From an uncultured Candidatus Saccharibacteria bacterium (lineage in GTDB: Bacteria; Patescibacteriota; Minisyncoccia; UBA6257; CAYRSR01), in assembly GCA_964427275.1 (NCBI GenBank), contig CAYRSR010000005.1, positions 1-56,689 on the forward strand: 56,689 nt of DNA, in the 5' to 3' direction. Numbering within the stretch: position 1 is the first letter of the stretch; each line of letters starts with the position of its first letter. The notes beneath the pieces are model-generated. The model made no database searches. It worked only from the letters and a program-made list of their open reading frames with translations, and had not been told where the DNA came from. Both the position numbers and the translations under genes were made by a program. Shown in pieces: positions 1-10,505 of this stretch.

Positions 1-270
1 ATAGTTAGTCAAGAAAATCAACGAATTTGCGAATAAAAGTTAGAAGTTGGAAGTTAGAAGTTGGAAGTTGATTGATAACAAAAATATCCGAAACTTATTA
101 ACAAATTTCGCGATCGTGAAAAATGTTAATAAGTACACAACTACCTTATTATGAAAGTAGTTCTATCTAATCTATTGACTTACAAAGTCGATAGATGAAA
201 ATTGAACTGACAAATTTTAGTTTAAAAAAAATTACGTAATTTATTACGTAATTTATTACGTAATTTTTTG
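1..270. repeat. Dispersed composite intergenic repeat, copy 1 (heptamer run, 40-bp palindrome, ATTACGTAAT array)
   Basis: 18-133 aligns closely with 55390-55513; AGAAGTT/GGAAGTT run at about 38-70; palindrome at 94-133; ATTACGTAAT at 231, 243 and 255. Confidence 0.85.
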
Positions 271-305
271 CTCCGCACCATTTTTGTTACAAAGGTGGTA
301 CGGGG

Positions 306-1595
306 TTAAGGTTTAGAAATTATTTTGACCAGCTCCTGCTTAACAATTTCAGATTCATTCCAGGGAATTTTTTTATGATTAATATGAATATAAGATTCAG
401 AACCTTTACCGGTTAAAATCACTATATCTCCAGGTTTAGCCAAAGATAGAGTCTTTTGAATAGCTTTTTTTCTATCCAGAATTTCATAAATGTTAGTAGC
501 TGGAAATTTGGCAGGAATTCCAGATTTTATATCCGATAAGATCCGAAAAGGGCTTTCATCATAAGGATCCTCATTAGTTAAAATTATTTGCCGGCAATAT
601 TTAGCTGCAATTTTTCCCATTTCTGGTCTTTTCCACTTATCTCTTCCACCCCCAGCACAACCCAACAAGCAGATCAGCTTTCCGTTAGCTTCTGGCCTCA
701 AGTTAACAATTGCTTGATAAGCTTTTTTTAAGCTGTCCGGAGTATGAGCATAGTCAATAATTACCATAAATGGTTCCTTTTGAATTACTTCCATCCTACC
801 CGGAGTTCCTGGAAATTTCTCAATTGCCTCCTTAATTAACTTGTCACTTATTCCTACTTCCTTAACAAAAGCTCTAGCAGCAGCAATGTTTTCAGGAAAA
901 ATAAAACTAGAGCCTGATAACAAAAAACTGGGTATTTTATCTTTAGAAAACAGAACAATTTTAGTATTTTGATTTTTTACTGCCTCAATGAAATGTTTAG
1001 CATTTAGGTCATCTTGATTAATAAAAAACAACCTATGTGGATGTTTGATGTTTGATGTTGGATGTTGGATGTTAGATGTTGGATGTTTGATGTTGGATGT
1101 TGGATGTTTGATGGTTGATAAGTTTTTCACGTAAGTAAAAAATTTAAGCTTTGCTTGCTTGTATTTTTCAAATCCTCCATGAGCTTCAATATGTTCAGGT
1201 GCTAAATTTAAAAACATTGCAGCATTCCAATTAATAAATCTGTGTCGGTGTTGAATAATTCCTTGAGAAGTAACTTCAATTAGAATAAAATCACAATTTT
1301 GATTTACTGCTTTCCTTAAAAACCTTTGAATGAAAAATCTACCTGGCATGGTAGTATCAGTTAAATTTTTAACTTTTTTATTGCCAATTTTTATCCATTC
1401 TGAAGAAATCAAAGCAGTCTTATAGCCGGCTTTTTCTAAAATAAAGCTGATTAAATCTAAGACACTAGTTTTTCCCTTAGTTCCAGTTACTCCTAAAATA
1501 AACTTTTTCCTGGAAGGAAAGCCAAATAAGATATTCCCCAAAAAAGCAAGTAAATAATGATAAACTGAAAAAATAAATCTTAATTTCTTTCTCAT
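306..1595 (-). CDS. murE: UDP-N-acetylmuramoyl-tripeptide synthetase (MurE family) with internal repeat insertion
   Basis: P-loop GVTGTKGKT, EVTSQG, NLAPEHIE, DYAHTPD, GGGRD and GKGSE Mur-ligase motifs. Confidence 0.88.
   Translation of the reverse strand: MRKKLRFIFSVYHYLLAFLGNILFGFPSRKKFILGVTGTKGKTSVLDLISFILEKAGYKTALISSEWIKIGNKKVKNLTDTTMPGRFFIQRFLRKAVNQNCDFILIEVTSQGIIQHRHRFINWNAAMFLNLAPEHIEAHGGFEKYKQAKLKFFTYVKNLSTIKHPTSNIKHPTSNIQHPTSNIKHPHRLFFINQDDLNAKHFIEAVKNQNTKIVLFSKDKIPSFLLSGSSFIFPENIAAARAFVKEVGISDKLIKEAIEKFPGTPGRMEVIQKEPFMVIIDYAHTPDSLKKAYQAIVNLRPEANGKLICLLGCAGGGRDKWKRPEMGKIAAKYCRQIILTNEDPYDESPFRILSDIKSGIPAKFPATNIYEILDRKKAIQKTLSLAKPGDIVILTGKGSESYIHINHKKIPWNESEIVKQELVKIISKP
1039..1122. 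repeat. Tandem heptamer NGATGTT x12 (84 bp) in frame within murE
   Basis: Ten exact NGATGTT units (1039-1108) plus two degenerate units; encodes (K/Q)HPTSNI repeats. Confidence 0.95.
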
Positions 1596-2161
1596 CTTTT
1601 GGATAAAACTTTTAAAGCCTGTCTTATTGCCGACTTCAAATCCAAATCTGCTGGAATCTGTTTCAAAACTCGACTAATCTCAGTTTTAGAATATCCCAAA
1701 TTAAGTAAAGCTTGTTTTAATTCTCGATAACTATTATCTTTTCTCTTTTGACTGGATTTAAACTTAGAACCGAGTTCTAAAATAATTCTTTGAGCTCCTT
1801 TTTTACTTAATCCAGAAACTTGAGACAAAAACTCTGAATCTCCACTACTTACAGCTGTCAAAATTCTTTTTACTTCAGCCAGGCTTAAAATTTTTAAAGC
1901 CAATTTTGGTCCAATTCCACTAACTGACCTAAGTGAATTAAATAAATCTCTTTGTTTCTCGGTTAAAAACCCGTATATCTCAAAACTACTTTCTTCGTGA
2001 TGAACAAAAACAAAACAAAAAACCTTTACTATTTTTCCAATTTTAGGAAGTCTTTTAATGTCTATTTCTGGAAAGAAAATTTTAAACCCACCCAAAGTAT
2101 TCTCAATAACAATAAAATTTTTTCCTTTTTCTATTAATTTTCCTTTAAGAAAATGGAACAT
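1592..2161 (-). CDS. ruvA: Holliday junction branch migration protein RuvA
   Basis: IYGF, SVSGIGPKLAL, HhH VSGLSKKGAQRIILEL, C-terminal ALLNLGY. Confidence 0.93.
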   Translation of the reverse strand: MFHFLKGKLIEKGKNFIVIENTLGGFKIFFPEIDIKRLPKIGKIVKVFCFVFVHHEESSFEIYGFLTEKQRDLFNSLRSVSGIGPKLALKILSLAEVKRILTAVSSGDSEFLSQVSGLSKKGAQRIILELGSKFKSSQKRKDNSYRELKQALLNLGYSKTEISRVLKQIPADLDLKSAIRQALKVLSKR

Positions 2162-2164
2162 AAC

Positions 2165-2923
2165 TTATTCTGACTCTGGATGATAAATAATTTTATTTTT
2201 TACCCGCAAGTCAATATAATTTAAGCTGGAAAAATCTTTCTGAGAAAAGAACTCTTTAATTAATTTACAAAAATCTTTAAACTTAAATTCCAAATTCAGG
2301 TAAATTTTTGGTCCAGAAGTTAAAACTTCTACCTCTCTGAGTTCCTCGGGCTTAATGTTTATATTAATAATCGGTAAGTCAGAATTTTTTAATTCTTTTA
2401 GATAAAACAAAAAATTTTCGATTAATTTCTCCTGTTCAAAAACTAAGCTACCCAGTTTGATTGGACAATCACGATAATCAGTTACATTAATCAAGACTTG
2501 TCCTTTAGCTTTGGGAGCTAAATCAAACAAAACTCCCTGATTGTCAAACCAGAAGCAATCAGAAGTTTCAGGTTTGCACAAAATTCCATAAGGTTTTCTG
2601 AGCTCCACCTGCAAGCTTACCTGTTTCTTTCTAAAGTCTCTTAATATTTTAAATTTCGAAACTTGAGGAATAAAAAAATTTGATTCTATATACTCAGACC
2701 AGAATAACAAATTCCCTGGACCAACTAAGGATAACCACGGGTTACCCAAGCCAACCAGTATTGCTTTATCCTTAATGCGGCTTTTAAAATGGTCATTTAA
2801 TTGCTGGTTTAATCCAATTACACTTAAACTATTCACCTTGAAAACATCGGTATAAAAAATCAAATAAAAACCGGAAACTAAAATAACAATTAAAATAAAA
2901 ACTAGAATAATTAACTTAGGCAT
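2165..2923 (-). CDS. FtsQ/DivIB-like cell division protein
   Basis: Single N-terminal TM helix, POTRA-like segment, C-terminal YIDLRVKNKIIY motif typical of FtsQ. Confidence 0.65.
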   Translation of the reverse strand: MPKLIILVFILIVILVSGFYLIFYTDVFKVNSLSVIGLNQQLNDHFKSRIKDKAILVGLGNPWLSLVGPGNLLFWSEYIESNFFIPQVSKFKILRDFRKKQVSLQVELRKPYGILCKPETSDCFWFDNQGVLFDLAPKAKGQVLINVTDYRDCPIKLGSLVFEQEKLIENFLFYLKELKNSDLPIININIKPEELREVEVLTSGPKIYLNLEFKFKDFCKLIKEFFSQKDFSSLNYIDLRVKNKIIYHPESE

Positions 2924-4203
2924 TTAAGATACGGTTTTAAAACCGGAGGAAATTCAAAGTCTTTATTAGCAGTCTGGTAATTTTCAATTATAGATACAAT
3001 AATTCGACCCATTGCAAAAACAGTTCCATTTATAGTATGAACAAAATCAGTTTTATCCTTTTCTCTATACTTAATATTTAGCCTTCTTGCTTGATAATCA
3101 GTACAATTTGAGGTTGAATGAGTTTCAATGTATCTATTTTCGGATGGAATGTAAGCTTCTATGTCATACTTTTGAGCTGCTGTTTGGCCAAGATCAGCAG
3201 TACAAATAGAGATTACTCGATAAGGAATATTAAGCTCCTGCATTAAGGCTTCTTCTAAAGCCAGGAAAAACTTATGCTCTAATCTCGATTTAGAAGGCAA
3301 GCAAAAACTAAACATTTCTAGTTTATCAAATTGGTGAACCCTGATTATTCCTTTAGTATCTTTTCCATAAGAACCTGCTTCTCTTCTAAAACAAGTAGAA
3401 AAACCAAGATATCTTTTAGGCAAGTCGGATTTTTTAAAAATTTCGTTTTGATGCCTTGCTCCAATCGACTGTTCAGATGTTCCAACCAAATAAAGATTAT
3501 CCTTTTCTATATGATAAACTTCTTCTTTGCCCCAGTCTAAATACCCCATTCCCTGCATTGACCTAAAATTCAACATTACTGGAGGCAATATTGGATAAAA
3601 CTCTTTAGCAGATACTCTCAATCTATTTTTTTGAATCACCCTGGTTAAAAATTTTCGATTAGTAAGTTTACTAATCACAAAATTTATTAAAGCAAATTCC
3701 AAAATTGCTGCCTTTCCCAGTAATGAGCCAAATCTAGTTCCAGAGGTTTTTACCGACCGCTCAATATCTATAACATTTAATCTCTGTCCAATTTCTAGAT
3801 AGGAAGATGGCTTAAAATTAAGTTTTCTTGGTTGCCCAACCCTTTTTATCTCTAGATTATCCAGTTCTGACTTTCCAATTGGAACTTCTTTTAAATGTAA
3901 ATTTGGAATCAAGTATAATCTTTGCATTCTTTCTAGCTCTAATTCTCTCTTTTCCTTTTCCAGTTTCTTTAAACGTTGTTTTAGTAATTGAGCTTTTAGA
4001 ATTAAATCCTTAGACTTAGTTTTACTTAGTTGCTTAGAAACTATATTCCGCTGAGCTCTCAAGTTATCAACTGCTTTAGTTTTTTCCCGCCAATCCTGGT
4101 CTATACTTAAAAATCTGTCTACTAACTTCGGAGAATATCCTCGTTCTTCAAGATTCTTTTTTATCAGTTCAGGATTGTTGCGAATTAAATCTACATCTAA
4201 CAT
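2911..4203 (-). CDS. serS: Seryl-tRNA synthetase
   Basis: MLDVDLIR start, coiled-coil arm, LVGTSEQ, FRREAG, RVHQFDKLEMF, NCTDYQARR. Confidence 0.97.
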   Translation of the reverse strand: MLDVDLIRNNPELIKKNLEERGYSPKLVDRFLSIDQDWREKTKAVDNLRAQRNIVSKQLSKTKSKDLILKAQLLKQRLKKLEKEKRELELERMQRLYLIPNLHLKEVPIGKSELDNLEIKRVGQPRKLNFKPSSYLEIGQRLNVIDIERSVKTSGTRFGSLLGKAAILEFALINFVISKLTNRKFLTRVIQKNRLRVSAKEFYPILPPVMLNFRSMQGMGYLDWGKEEVYHIEKDNLYLVGTSEQSIGARHQNEIFKKSDLPKRYLGFSTCFRREAGSYGKDTKGIIRVHQFDKLEMFSFCLPSKSRLEHKFFLALEEALMQELNIPYRVISICTADLGQTAAQKYDIEAYIPSENRYIETHSTSNCTDYQARRLNIKYREKDKTDFVHTINGTVFAMGRIIVSIIENYQTANKDFEFPPVLKPYLKCLS

Positions 4204-4204
4204 A

Positions 4205-5557
4205 TTATTTAGATTTTAATACTGGAAAGCTAATCACTTCTCTAATTGAATGACTATCAACTATTAAGGCTACTAGCCTATCAATTCCAATTCCTACTCC
4301 TGCTGCTGGAGGCATTCCATATTCTAAAGCCTCCAGAAAATTTTCATCTAGATTTTTTTGTTTACTCATTCTTTTTCTCTGTTCAAGCGGATTATTTAAT
4401 TCAGTATAACCATTGGCCAATTCTATTCCGCCAATATACAACTGAAACCTTTCTACCAATTCCGGATTATCCGGCTTAGATTTAGCTAAAGGAGAAATTG
4501 ATTTAGGATGATCAATTATAAAAGTTGGGTCAATTAAATTTGGCTTCACTTTTTTAGATAAAATTTGATCTGGTTCTCCTTTTTGATGCGGAGCATATCG
4601 CTTGATAGCTTCATTAAAAGTTAAAGTTTGCCAGTTATTAATATCAATACTCTTTTTCTGATAAACCAGTTTGTTCGGTTTAAACTGTTTAAACAACTTA
4701 GTTAAAACATTCTTAGTAAATTTCATTAAAAATTTGTAATCCTTATAGGCCCAATATAATTCCAGCATAGTAAATTCTGGATAATGCACCCTATCAATTC
4801 CTTCATTTCTAAAGTTCTTACCTAGTTCAAAAATCTTTTCAAATCCAGCAACCAATAACCTTTTTAAATAAAGTTCTGGAGCAATTCTTAAATAAACATC
4901 TTGCCCCAAAGCTTGCCATCGAGTCTTAAACGGACGAGCTTTAGCTCCTCCAGCAACTGGTTGAAGAATTGGAGTTTGAACCTCCTGAAATCCGTATTGA
5001 TGTAAAATTTTAGTTAAACTACTAATTATCTTACTCCGGGTCACCAAAAAGTTTTTAGCAGATGGATTTAAAATAAAATCCAGTTCTCTATGCCTTAACC
5101 TCTTTTCGATATCCTTTAAACCATACCAGCTTTGGGGTAATGGTCTTAAACTTTTACTTATAAGTCTGGCTTGATTTGCCAGTAAGCTTTTCTCCCTAGT
5201 TTTGGTTTTAAACAATCTACCTTTAGCCCACAGAAAATCACCAATATCTATGCAATCAGCTAGTAGTTCAAACTCGGAGGTTAAATCTTTCTTAAGAACT
5301 AGCTGAATTCTTGAATCAAAATCCTTCAAATCTACAAAAATTATCTTACCTTGATTCCTGAGTCCTACTATTCTTCCGACTAACTTTAAAGTTTTCTTAC
5401 TAGCAAGCCATTCTTCAAATTTATCAATAGCTTTTTTGATGGAAATCCTCGGTCCTATTCGGTTGGGATAAGCAGAATAAAATTTCTGGTACCGCTCTAA
5501 CTTCTGAAGTCGGTACTTAATTATATCATCAAGCATCATATAGTTTATTATAACCAC
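4205..5557 (-). CDS. lysS: Lysyl-tRNA synthetase, class II (start probably ATG 5539)
   Basis: GGAKARPF, LRIAPELYLKRL, FRNEG, HYPEFTMLE, YGMPPAAGVGIGIDRL. Confidence 0.97.
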   Translation of the reverse strand: MVIINYMMLDDIIKYRLQKLERYQKFYSAYPNRIGPRISIKKAIDKFEEWLASKKTLKLVGRIVGLRNQGKIIFVDLKDFDSRIQLVLKKDLTSEFELLADCIDIGDFLWAKGRLFKTKTREKSLLANQARLISKSLRPLPQSWYGLKDIEKRLRHRELDFILNPSAKNFLVTRSKIISSLTKILHQYGFQEVQTPILQPVAGGAKARPFKTRWQALGQDVYLRIAPELYLKRLLVAGFEKIFELGKNFRNEGIDRVHYPEFTMLELYWAYKDYKFLMKFTKNVLTKLFKQFKPNKLVYQKKSIDINNWQTLTFNEAIKRYAPHQKGEPDQILSKKVKPNLIDPTFIIDHPKSISPLAKSKPDNPELVERFQLYIGGIELANGYTELNNPLEQRKRMSKQKNLDENFLEALEYGMPPAAGVGIGIDRLVALIVDSHSIREVISFPVLKSK

Positions 5558-5602
5558 TACCAGTTCTAAAGCAAATTTTACAAGACTTGCTATAAAATTT
5601 AC

Positions 5603-6067
5603 TTAACTAATTGAAATAATTTTATAGATAATCTTTCGCCGAGGAGTTTTTACTTCAACCTGTTCTCCTTTGGCTTTACCTAATAAAGCACTTCCTAAAG
5701 GAGATTGAATTGAAATCAAGCCTTTTTCAGGATTAGCTTCTCCAGAACCAACTAATGTAAAAATTAGTTTATTTTTATTATTTAGTTGTTGAAGCTTAAT
5801 TGTAGACCCAATCTCAACTTTTTTGTTGTTTTTAGGTTTGCGAATAATCTTAGCATTCCTTATCAACATCTTTATCTCAGAAATTCGTTGTTCCAGCCGA
5901 ATTTTATCCTGCTTAGCTACTATATAATCGGCATTCTCAGAAAGGTCTCCTAAAGCCTTAGCATCCTCCAATCTTTTAGCAATTTTTGCTCTTTCAACAG
6001 TTTGCAAAAATTCCAGTTCCTTTTTTAATTCATTTAATCTTTTCCGAGTTAAATAAATTTCGCTCAT
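5603..6067 (-). CDS. greA: Transcription elongation factor GreA
   Basis: YLT start, GDLSENADY, ISIQSPLGSALLGK. Confidence 0.95.
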   Translation of the reverse strand: MSEIYLTRKRLNELKKELEFLQTVERAKIAKRLEDAKALGDLSENADYIVAKQDKIRLEQRISEIKMLIRNAKIIRKPKNNKKVEIGSTIKLQQLNNKNKLIFTLVGSGEANPEKGLISIQSPLGSALLGKAKGEQVEVKTPRRKIIYKIISIS

Positions 6068-6197
6068 GTTATTAATTAAGGAATAATTATAACTATTAAA
6101 TTTAAAAATGCAACTGTAAAAAAGCTAGCAGGATGAAATGATTACTTTGTTATATTTAGTTTTATTTTTCCCAAAAATAGATTAAAATTTAATAGTC

Positions 6198-7226
6198 ATG
6201 AAAATTTTAGCTATTGAAACTAGTTGTGATGAAACTGCAATTGCTTTAATGAAAGCAACTGGTAAAATTGAAAATCTTCAATTTAAAATTCTAAAAAGTG
6301 TAGTCCTCTCTCAAGTGAAAATTCACCGGCCATATGGAGGAATAGTTCCATACCTGGCTAAAAGAGAACATCTTAAAAACCTGCCTATACTTTTCAAAAG
6401 TCTTAAATCTGAAGTCAGTAATCTAGAACCTGATTTAATAGCTGTAACAGTTGGACCTGGGTTAGAGCCATGCTTATGGCAAGGAATAAACTTTGCTAAA
6501 ACTTTATTGGAAGACATAAAAAAAGAGAAATCACAAACAAAATTAATTGGAGTCAATCATTTAGAAGGTCATCTTTACTCGTTTCTATTAGAACAAAAGA
6601 AGATAAATTTTCCTGCTGTTGCTTTAATTGTTTCAGGTGGTCATACTATTTTACTATTAATGAAAAATTTAATTCATTTTAAAAAACTTGGAGAAACTCG
6701 AGATGATGCAGCAGGAGAAGCATTTGATAAAGTTGGAAGACTAATTGGTTTAAAGTATCCAGCTGGTCCAGAGATTGAAAAATTAGCCAAAAAAGGAAAA
6801 ACCATAATCAATTTTCCCAGACCAATGATTAATCAAAAAAACTATGATTTTAGCTTTTCTGGATTAAAAACTGCAGTTTATTATTTTTTAAAAAAACAAC
6901 CTAACTTAAGTTACCAAAAAAAAGCAGATATAGCAATTTCAGTTCAAAAAGCTATAATTGAGGTACTAACCTTTAAAACCATTAGGGCAGTAAAGGAATT
7001 CAAGACTAAGTCAGTCATTTTAACCGGAGGAGTAGCTGCAAATAAAGCTTTGAGAAATAAACTCAAAAAGGAAGCTAAAAAAATTAATTGTCAGTTTTAT
7101 GTTCCAAAACTAGAGTTTTGTACTGACAATGCAGTTATGATTGCTATAGCTGGCTATATAAACTATCTAATTGGAAAATCCTATCCATTAAAAGCAAACG
7201 GATATTTACCAATTAAAATTAATTAG
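6198..7226 (+). CDS. tsaD: tRNA N6-threonylcarbamoyladenosine synthase TsaD
   Basis: AIETSCDET, NHLEGH, VSGGHT, DDAAGEAFDK, FSFSGLKT, CTDNAVMIA. Confidence 0.97.
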   Translation: MKILAIETSCDETAIALMKATGKIENLQFKILKSVVLSQVKIHRPYGGIVPYLAKREHLKNLPILFKSLKSEVSNLEPDLIAVTVGPGLEPCLWQGINFAKTLLEDIKKEKSQTKLIGVNHLEGHLYSFLLEQKKINFPAVALIVSGGHTILLLMKNLIHFKKLGETRDDAAGEAFDKVGRLIGLKYPAGPEIEKLAKKGKTIINFPRPMINQKNYDFSFSGLKTAVYYFLKKQPNLSYQKKADIAISVQKAIIEVLTFKTIRAVKEFKTKSVILTGGVAANKALRNKLKKEAKKINCQFYVPKLEFCTDNAVMIAIAGYINYLIGKSYPLKANGYLPIKIN

Positions 7227-7242
7227 TTAAAATTAATAAGCT

Positions 7243-9387
7243 ATGGAAAAATCTTACAATCCAAAACTGGTAGAAGAAAAAATTTACAAGTTCTGGTTAA
7301 AAACTAAGTATTTTAATCCAGATAAGCTCCCTAAGACTTACAAATCCAAGCCTTATTTTACTACTCTACTTCCACCACCCAATATCACCGGTTCTTTACA
7401 CTTAGGTCATGCTTTAAATTCCACCATTATTGATATTTTAATTAGATATAATCGATTAAATGGTAAAAGAGCAGTTTGTTTACCAGGAACCGACCATGCT
7501 GGAATAGCTACTCAAAATGTAGTTGAAAAAAAGCTTAAACAACAAAATCAAACCAGGTTCGATATCGGTCGAGAAAAGTTTATCCAGTTAGTTTGGAAAT
7601 GGAAAAATAAATACGGAGAAATAATTTTAGAACAATTAAAAAAGTTAGGATTGTCAGCTGACTTTTCCAGAAACAGATTCACCATGGATGAGAAATATTC
7701 CAAGCAAGTTCAGCAAGCATTTGTCCATTACTTTAAAAAAGGACTAATCTATCGAAAAAAAAGAGTAATAAACTGGTGTCCTAGATGTCAAACTTCGCTT
7801 TCAGATTTAGAGTTAAAATACCGACAAGAAAAAACTAAATTATATTATCTCCGCTATCCTATTCAATCAAAAGCAAATAAAGCCTATGTAGTGGTAGCTA
7901 CTACCAGGCCAGAAACTATGCTTGGAGATACTGCAGTAGCAGTAAATCCTAAAGACAAAAGATATCAAAAACTTATTGGTAAAGCAGTAATATTACCATT
8001 AGTAAATCGAAAAATAAAAATAATTGCTGAGCCAAGAGTTGACCCAGAATTTGGTACTGGAGCAGTCAAAGTAACCCCAGCTCACGACTTACTTGACGCC
8101 GAAATAGGAGAAAAAAATAACCTTGAAGTAATTCAGGTAATAAATCAACAAGGTAGAATGAATGAAAATGCTCTAAATTACCAAGGTCAATCTACTCAGG
8201 AGGCTAGAGTAAATATAGTTAAAGACTTACAAAAACAAGGCTTAATTGAAAAAATTGAACCTTACACACATAATGTAGCCGTATGTTACCGCTGTGAAAC
8301 TAAAATTGAACCAATACCTTCTTTACAATGGTTTCTAAAGATGGATGATTTAGCTAAGCTAGCAAAATCAGCAGTTAAATCTGGACAAGTAAAGATTATT
8401 CCAAAAAGGTTTGAAAAAATATACTTTGATTGGCTTAATAACATCAAAGATTGGTGTATTTCCAGACAAATCTGGTGGGGACACCGATTACCTGTTTGGT
8501 TCTGCCAAAAAAATCAAGATAAATTTGTAACATCTCTTAAAAAACCAAAAACTTGTCCTTTCTGTAAAAAGTGTAATATGCAACAGTCAAATGAAGTACT
8601 GGATACCTGGTTTTCTTCAGCTCTCTGGCCATTTGCAGGACTATCAAAGCCCGACTTAAAAAAATTCTATCCTTCAGACACTTTAGTTACAGCTAGGGAT
8701 ATTATTAACCTGTGGGTAGCTAGAATGATTTTTTCCGGATTGGAATTTCAACAGAAAAAGCCTTTTTCTAAAGTTTTTATTCATCCAACTATTCTAACTA
8801 AGGAAGGTAAAAGAATGTCAAAAAGTCTAGGAACTGGAATAGATCCTTTAAACCTGATTGAAAATTTTGGAGCAGATGCTCTCCGCTTTGGAATTATCTG
8901 GCAAGTTGGTACTGCTCAGGATATCCACTGGGATGAAACTGCAGTAGTTGCTGGAAAGAAACTTAACAATAAAATCTGGAATGCAGCTAGGTTTGTTTTA
9001 CAACAATTATCAAAACATCCAAAAACATCTAATACTTGTTTGAATTTGTCTTCACTAACTAAAGCTGATAAATCCATTCTTTCTGAATTAAGAAAAACTA
9101 AAAAGGTAGTGAAAAAATACATTGAAAATTTTCAATTTGGTTTTGCTTTACGTCAGATATATCAATTTTTCTGGCATAAATTCTGTGATAAATATATTGA
9201 AACTTCCAAAATCCAAATTCGTAATCCCAAAACCAGCAAGTCAACCAAAAAAGTTCTCCTTTATGTTTTAAAAGAAACCCTTAAAATTCTTCACCCATTC
9301 ATTCCATTTATCACCGAAGAAATTTACCAGAAATTACCAAAATCATTGAGAAAAAGAAGTTTAATGATCGAAAGTTTAAATGACTAA
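7243..9387 (+). CDS. valS: Valyl-tRNA synthetase (no C-terminal coiled-coil arm)
   Basis: PPPNITGSLHLGHA, DHAGIATQ, TTRPET, DWCISRQ, LDTWFSS, RMSKS. Confidence 0.97.
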   Translation: MEKSYNPKLVEEKIYKFWLKTKYFNPDKLPKTYKSKPYFTTLLPPPNITGSLHLGHALNSTIIDILIRYNRLNGKRAVCLPGTDHAGIATQNVVEKKLKQQNQTRFDIGREKFIQLVWKWKNKYGEIILEQLKKLGLSADFSRNRFTMDEKYSKQVQQAFVHYFKKGLIYRKKRVINWCPRCQTSLSDLELKYRQEKTKLYYLRYPIQSKANKAYVVVATTRPETMLGDTAVAVNPKDKRYQKLIGKAVILPLVNRKIKIIAEPRVDPEFGTGAVKVTPAHDLLDAEIGEKNNLEVIQVINQQGRMNENALNYQGQSTQEARVNIVKDLQKQGLIEKIEPYTHNVAVCYRCETKIEPIPSLQWFLKMDDLAKLAKSAVKSGQVKIIPKRFEKIYFDWLNNIKDWCISRQIWWGHRLPVWFCQKNQDKFVTSLKKPKTCPFCKKCNMQQSNEVLDTWFSSALWPFAGLSKPDLKKFYPSDTLVTARDIINLWVARMIFSGLEFQQKKPFSKVFIHPTILTKEGKRMSKSLGTGIDPLNLIENFGADALRFGIIWQVGTAQDIHWDETAVVAGKKLNNKIWNAARFVLQQLSKHPKTSNTCLNLSSLTKADKSILSELRKTKKVVKKYIENFQFGFALRQIYQFFWHKFCDKYIETSKIQIRNPKTSKSTKKVLLYVLKETLKILHPFIPFITEEIYQKLPKSLRKRSLMIESLND

Positions 9388-10090
9388 AATTCTTTTGGTT
9401 CTAATTTTGGGAATCTCACCCTGTTTAATCTGGCTTAGTTACTTTTTAAAAAAAGATCCCAGGCCTGAACCAAGATATTTACTATTACTCACCTTTTTAA
9501 TTGGAGCAGCATTTATTTTTCCAACCATTTGTGCTGAACTTTTACTAAAAGATATTTTGAATTTTCTAAAGATAAGACAGGTATTATTTGCTTCAGTATT
9601 TTTGTTTGCTTTAATTGAAGAAATCTTTAAATTTTCTGCTGCCTATCTAACTGTCAGAAACCACAAAGAATTGGATGAACCAGTAGACCCAATGATATAT
9701 TGCATTACTGCCGGATTAGGTTTTGCTGCTGCCGAAAATTTTTCTCTAATCCACCGTTTATCCTTCAGTGAGTTTGCACCTGTCAGCGAAGTAATGGGAA
9801 CTAATTTACTAAGATTCCTAGGAGCTATTTTACTACATGGTTTAACTGCTGGAATTACCGGTTACTTCTGGGCTAAAGGAATAATTAAAAGTCAAATTTA
9901 TTCAACTTTACCTTTAGGAATTTCAATAGCAGCATTGTTTCATTCTACGTTTAATTACTTAATAATTAAATTTTCTTCTATTACAATTATCTGGGCTCTA
10001 TTATTTTTATTCATTCCAGCCACTTTAGTGGGGATTGGCTTTAAAAAATTAATATGCTATAATTTCTTTAAAGAAGGTCGAAAAAGTTAA
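9380..10090 (+). CDS. PrsW-family intramembrane metalloprotease
   Basis: D.RPEP, EEIFK, GLGFAAAEN, LLHG and FHSTFN motifs; multi-pass hydrophobic. Confidence 0.85.
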   Translation: MTKILLVLILGISPCLIWLSYFLKKDPRPEPRYLLLLTFLIGAAFIFPTICAELLLKDILNFLKIRQVLFASVFLFALIEEIFKFSAAYLTVRNHKELDEPVDPMIYCITAGLGFAAAENFSLIHRLSFSEFAPVSEVMGTNLLRFLGAILLHGLTAGITGYFWAKGIIKSQIYSTLPLGISIAALFHSTFNYLIIKFSSITIIWALLFLFIPATLVGIGFKKLICYNFFKEGRKS

Positions 10091-10109
10091 TAAAAAACAA
10101 AACCAAGCT

Positions 10110-10505
10110 ATGGTAGCTGAAAAAGAAAAGAAAGAATTTTTTGGTAAGAAGATTGAACAAAACGAAATTGAGGGAGAACTTGCCGTTGATGTTTATCAGA
10201 ATGAGAATGAGTTTGTTATTCAGTCATTAATAGCTGGAGTTCGGCAAGAAGACTTAGAAATTAATATTACCGATGAGAGTGTAAGTATTAAAGGTAAGCG
10301 GGAAAGACCAGCTCAGATCCCAAAGGAAAATTATCTTTACCAAGAGTGCTTCTGGGGACCATTTTCCAGATCCATAATTCTCCCACAGAAAATTGATTCT
10401 ACCAAAGCAAGTGCCAATCTTTCCAAAACCGGGATTTTGACCATTCGCTTGCCTAAATTAGCCAAGGGACAACCAAGAAAGTTAGAAATAACTATTGAAT
10501 CTTAA
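10110..10505 (+). CDS. Hsp20/alpha-crystallin small heat shock protein
   Basis: VDVYQ, YQECFWGPFSRSIILP, GILTIRLPK. Confidence 0.92.
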   Translation: MVAEKEKKEFFGKKIEQNEIEGELAVDVYQNENEFVIQSLIAGVRQEDLEINITDESVSIKGKRERPAQIPKENYLYQECFWGPFSRSIILPQKIDSTKASANLSKTGILTIRLPKLAKGQPRKLEITIES

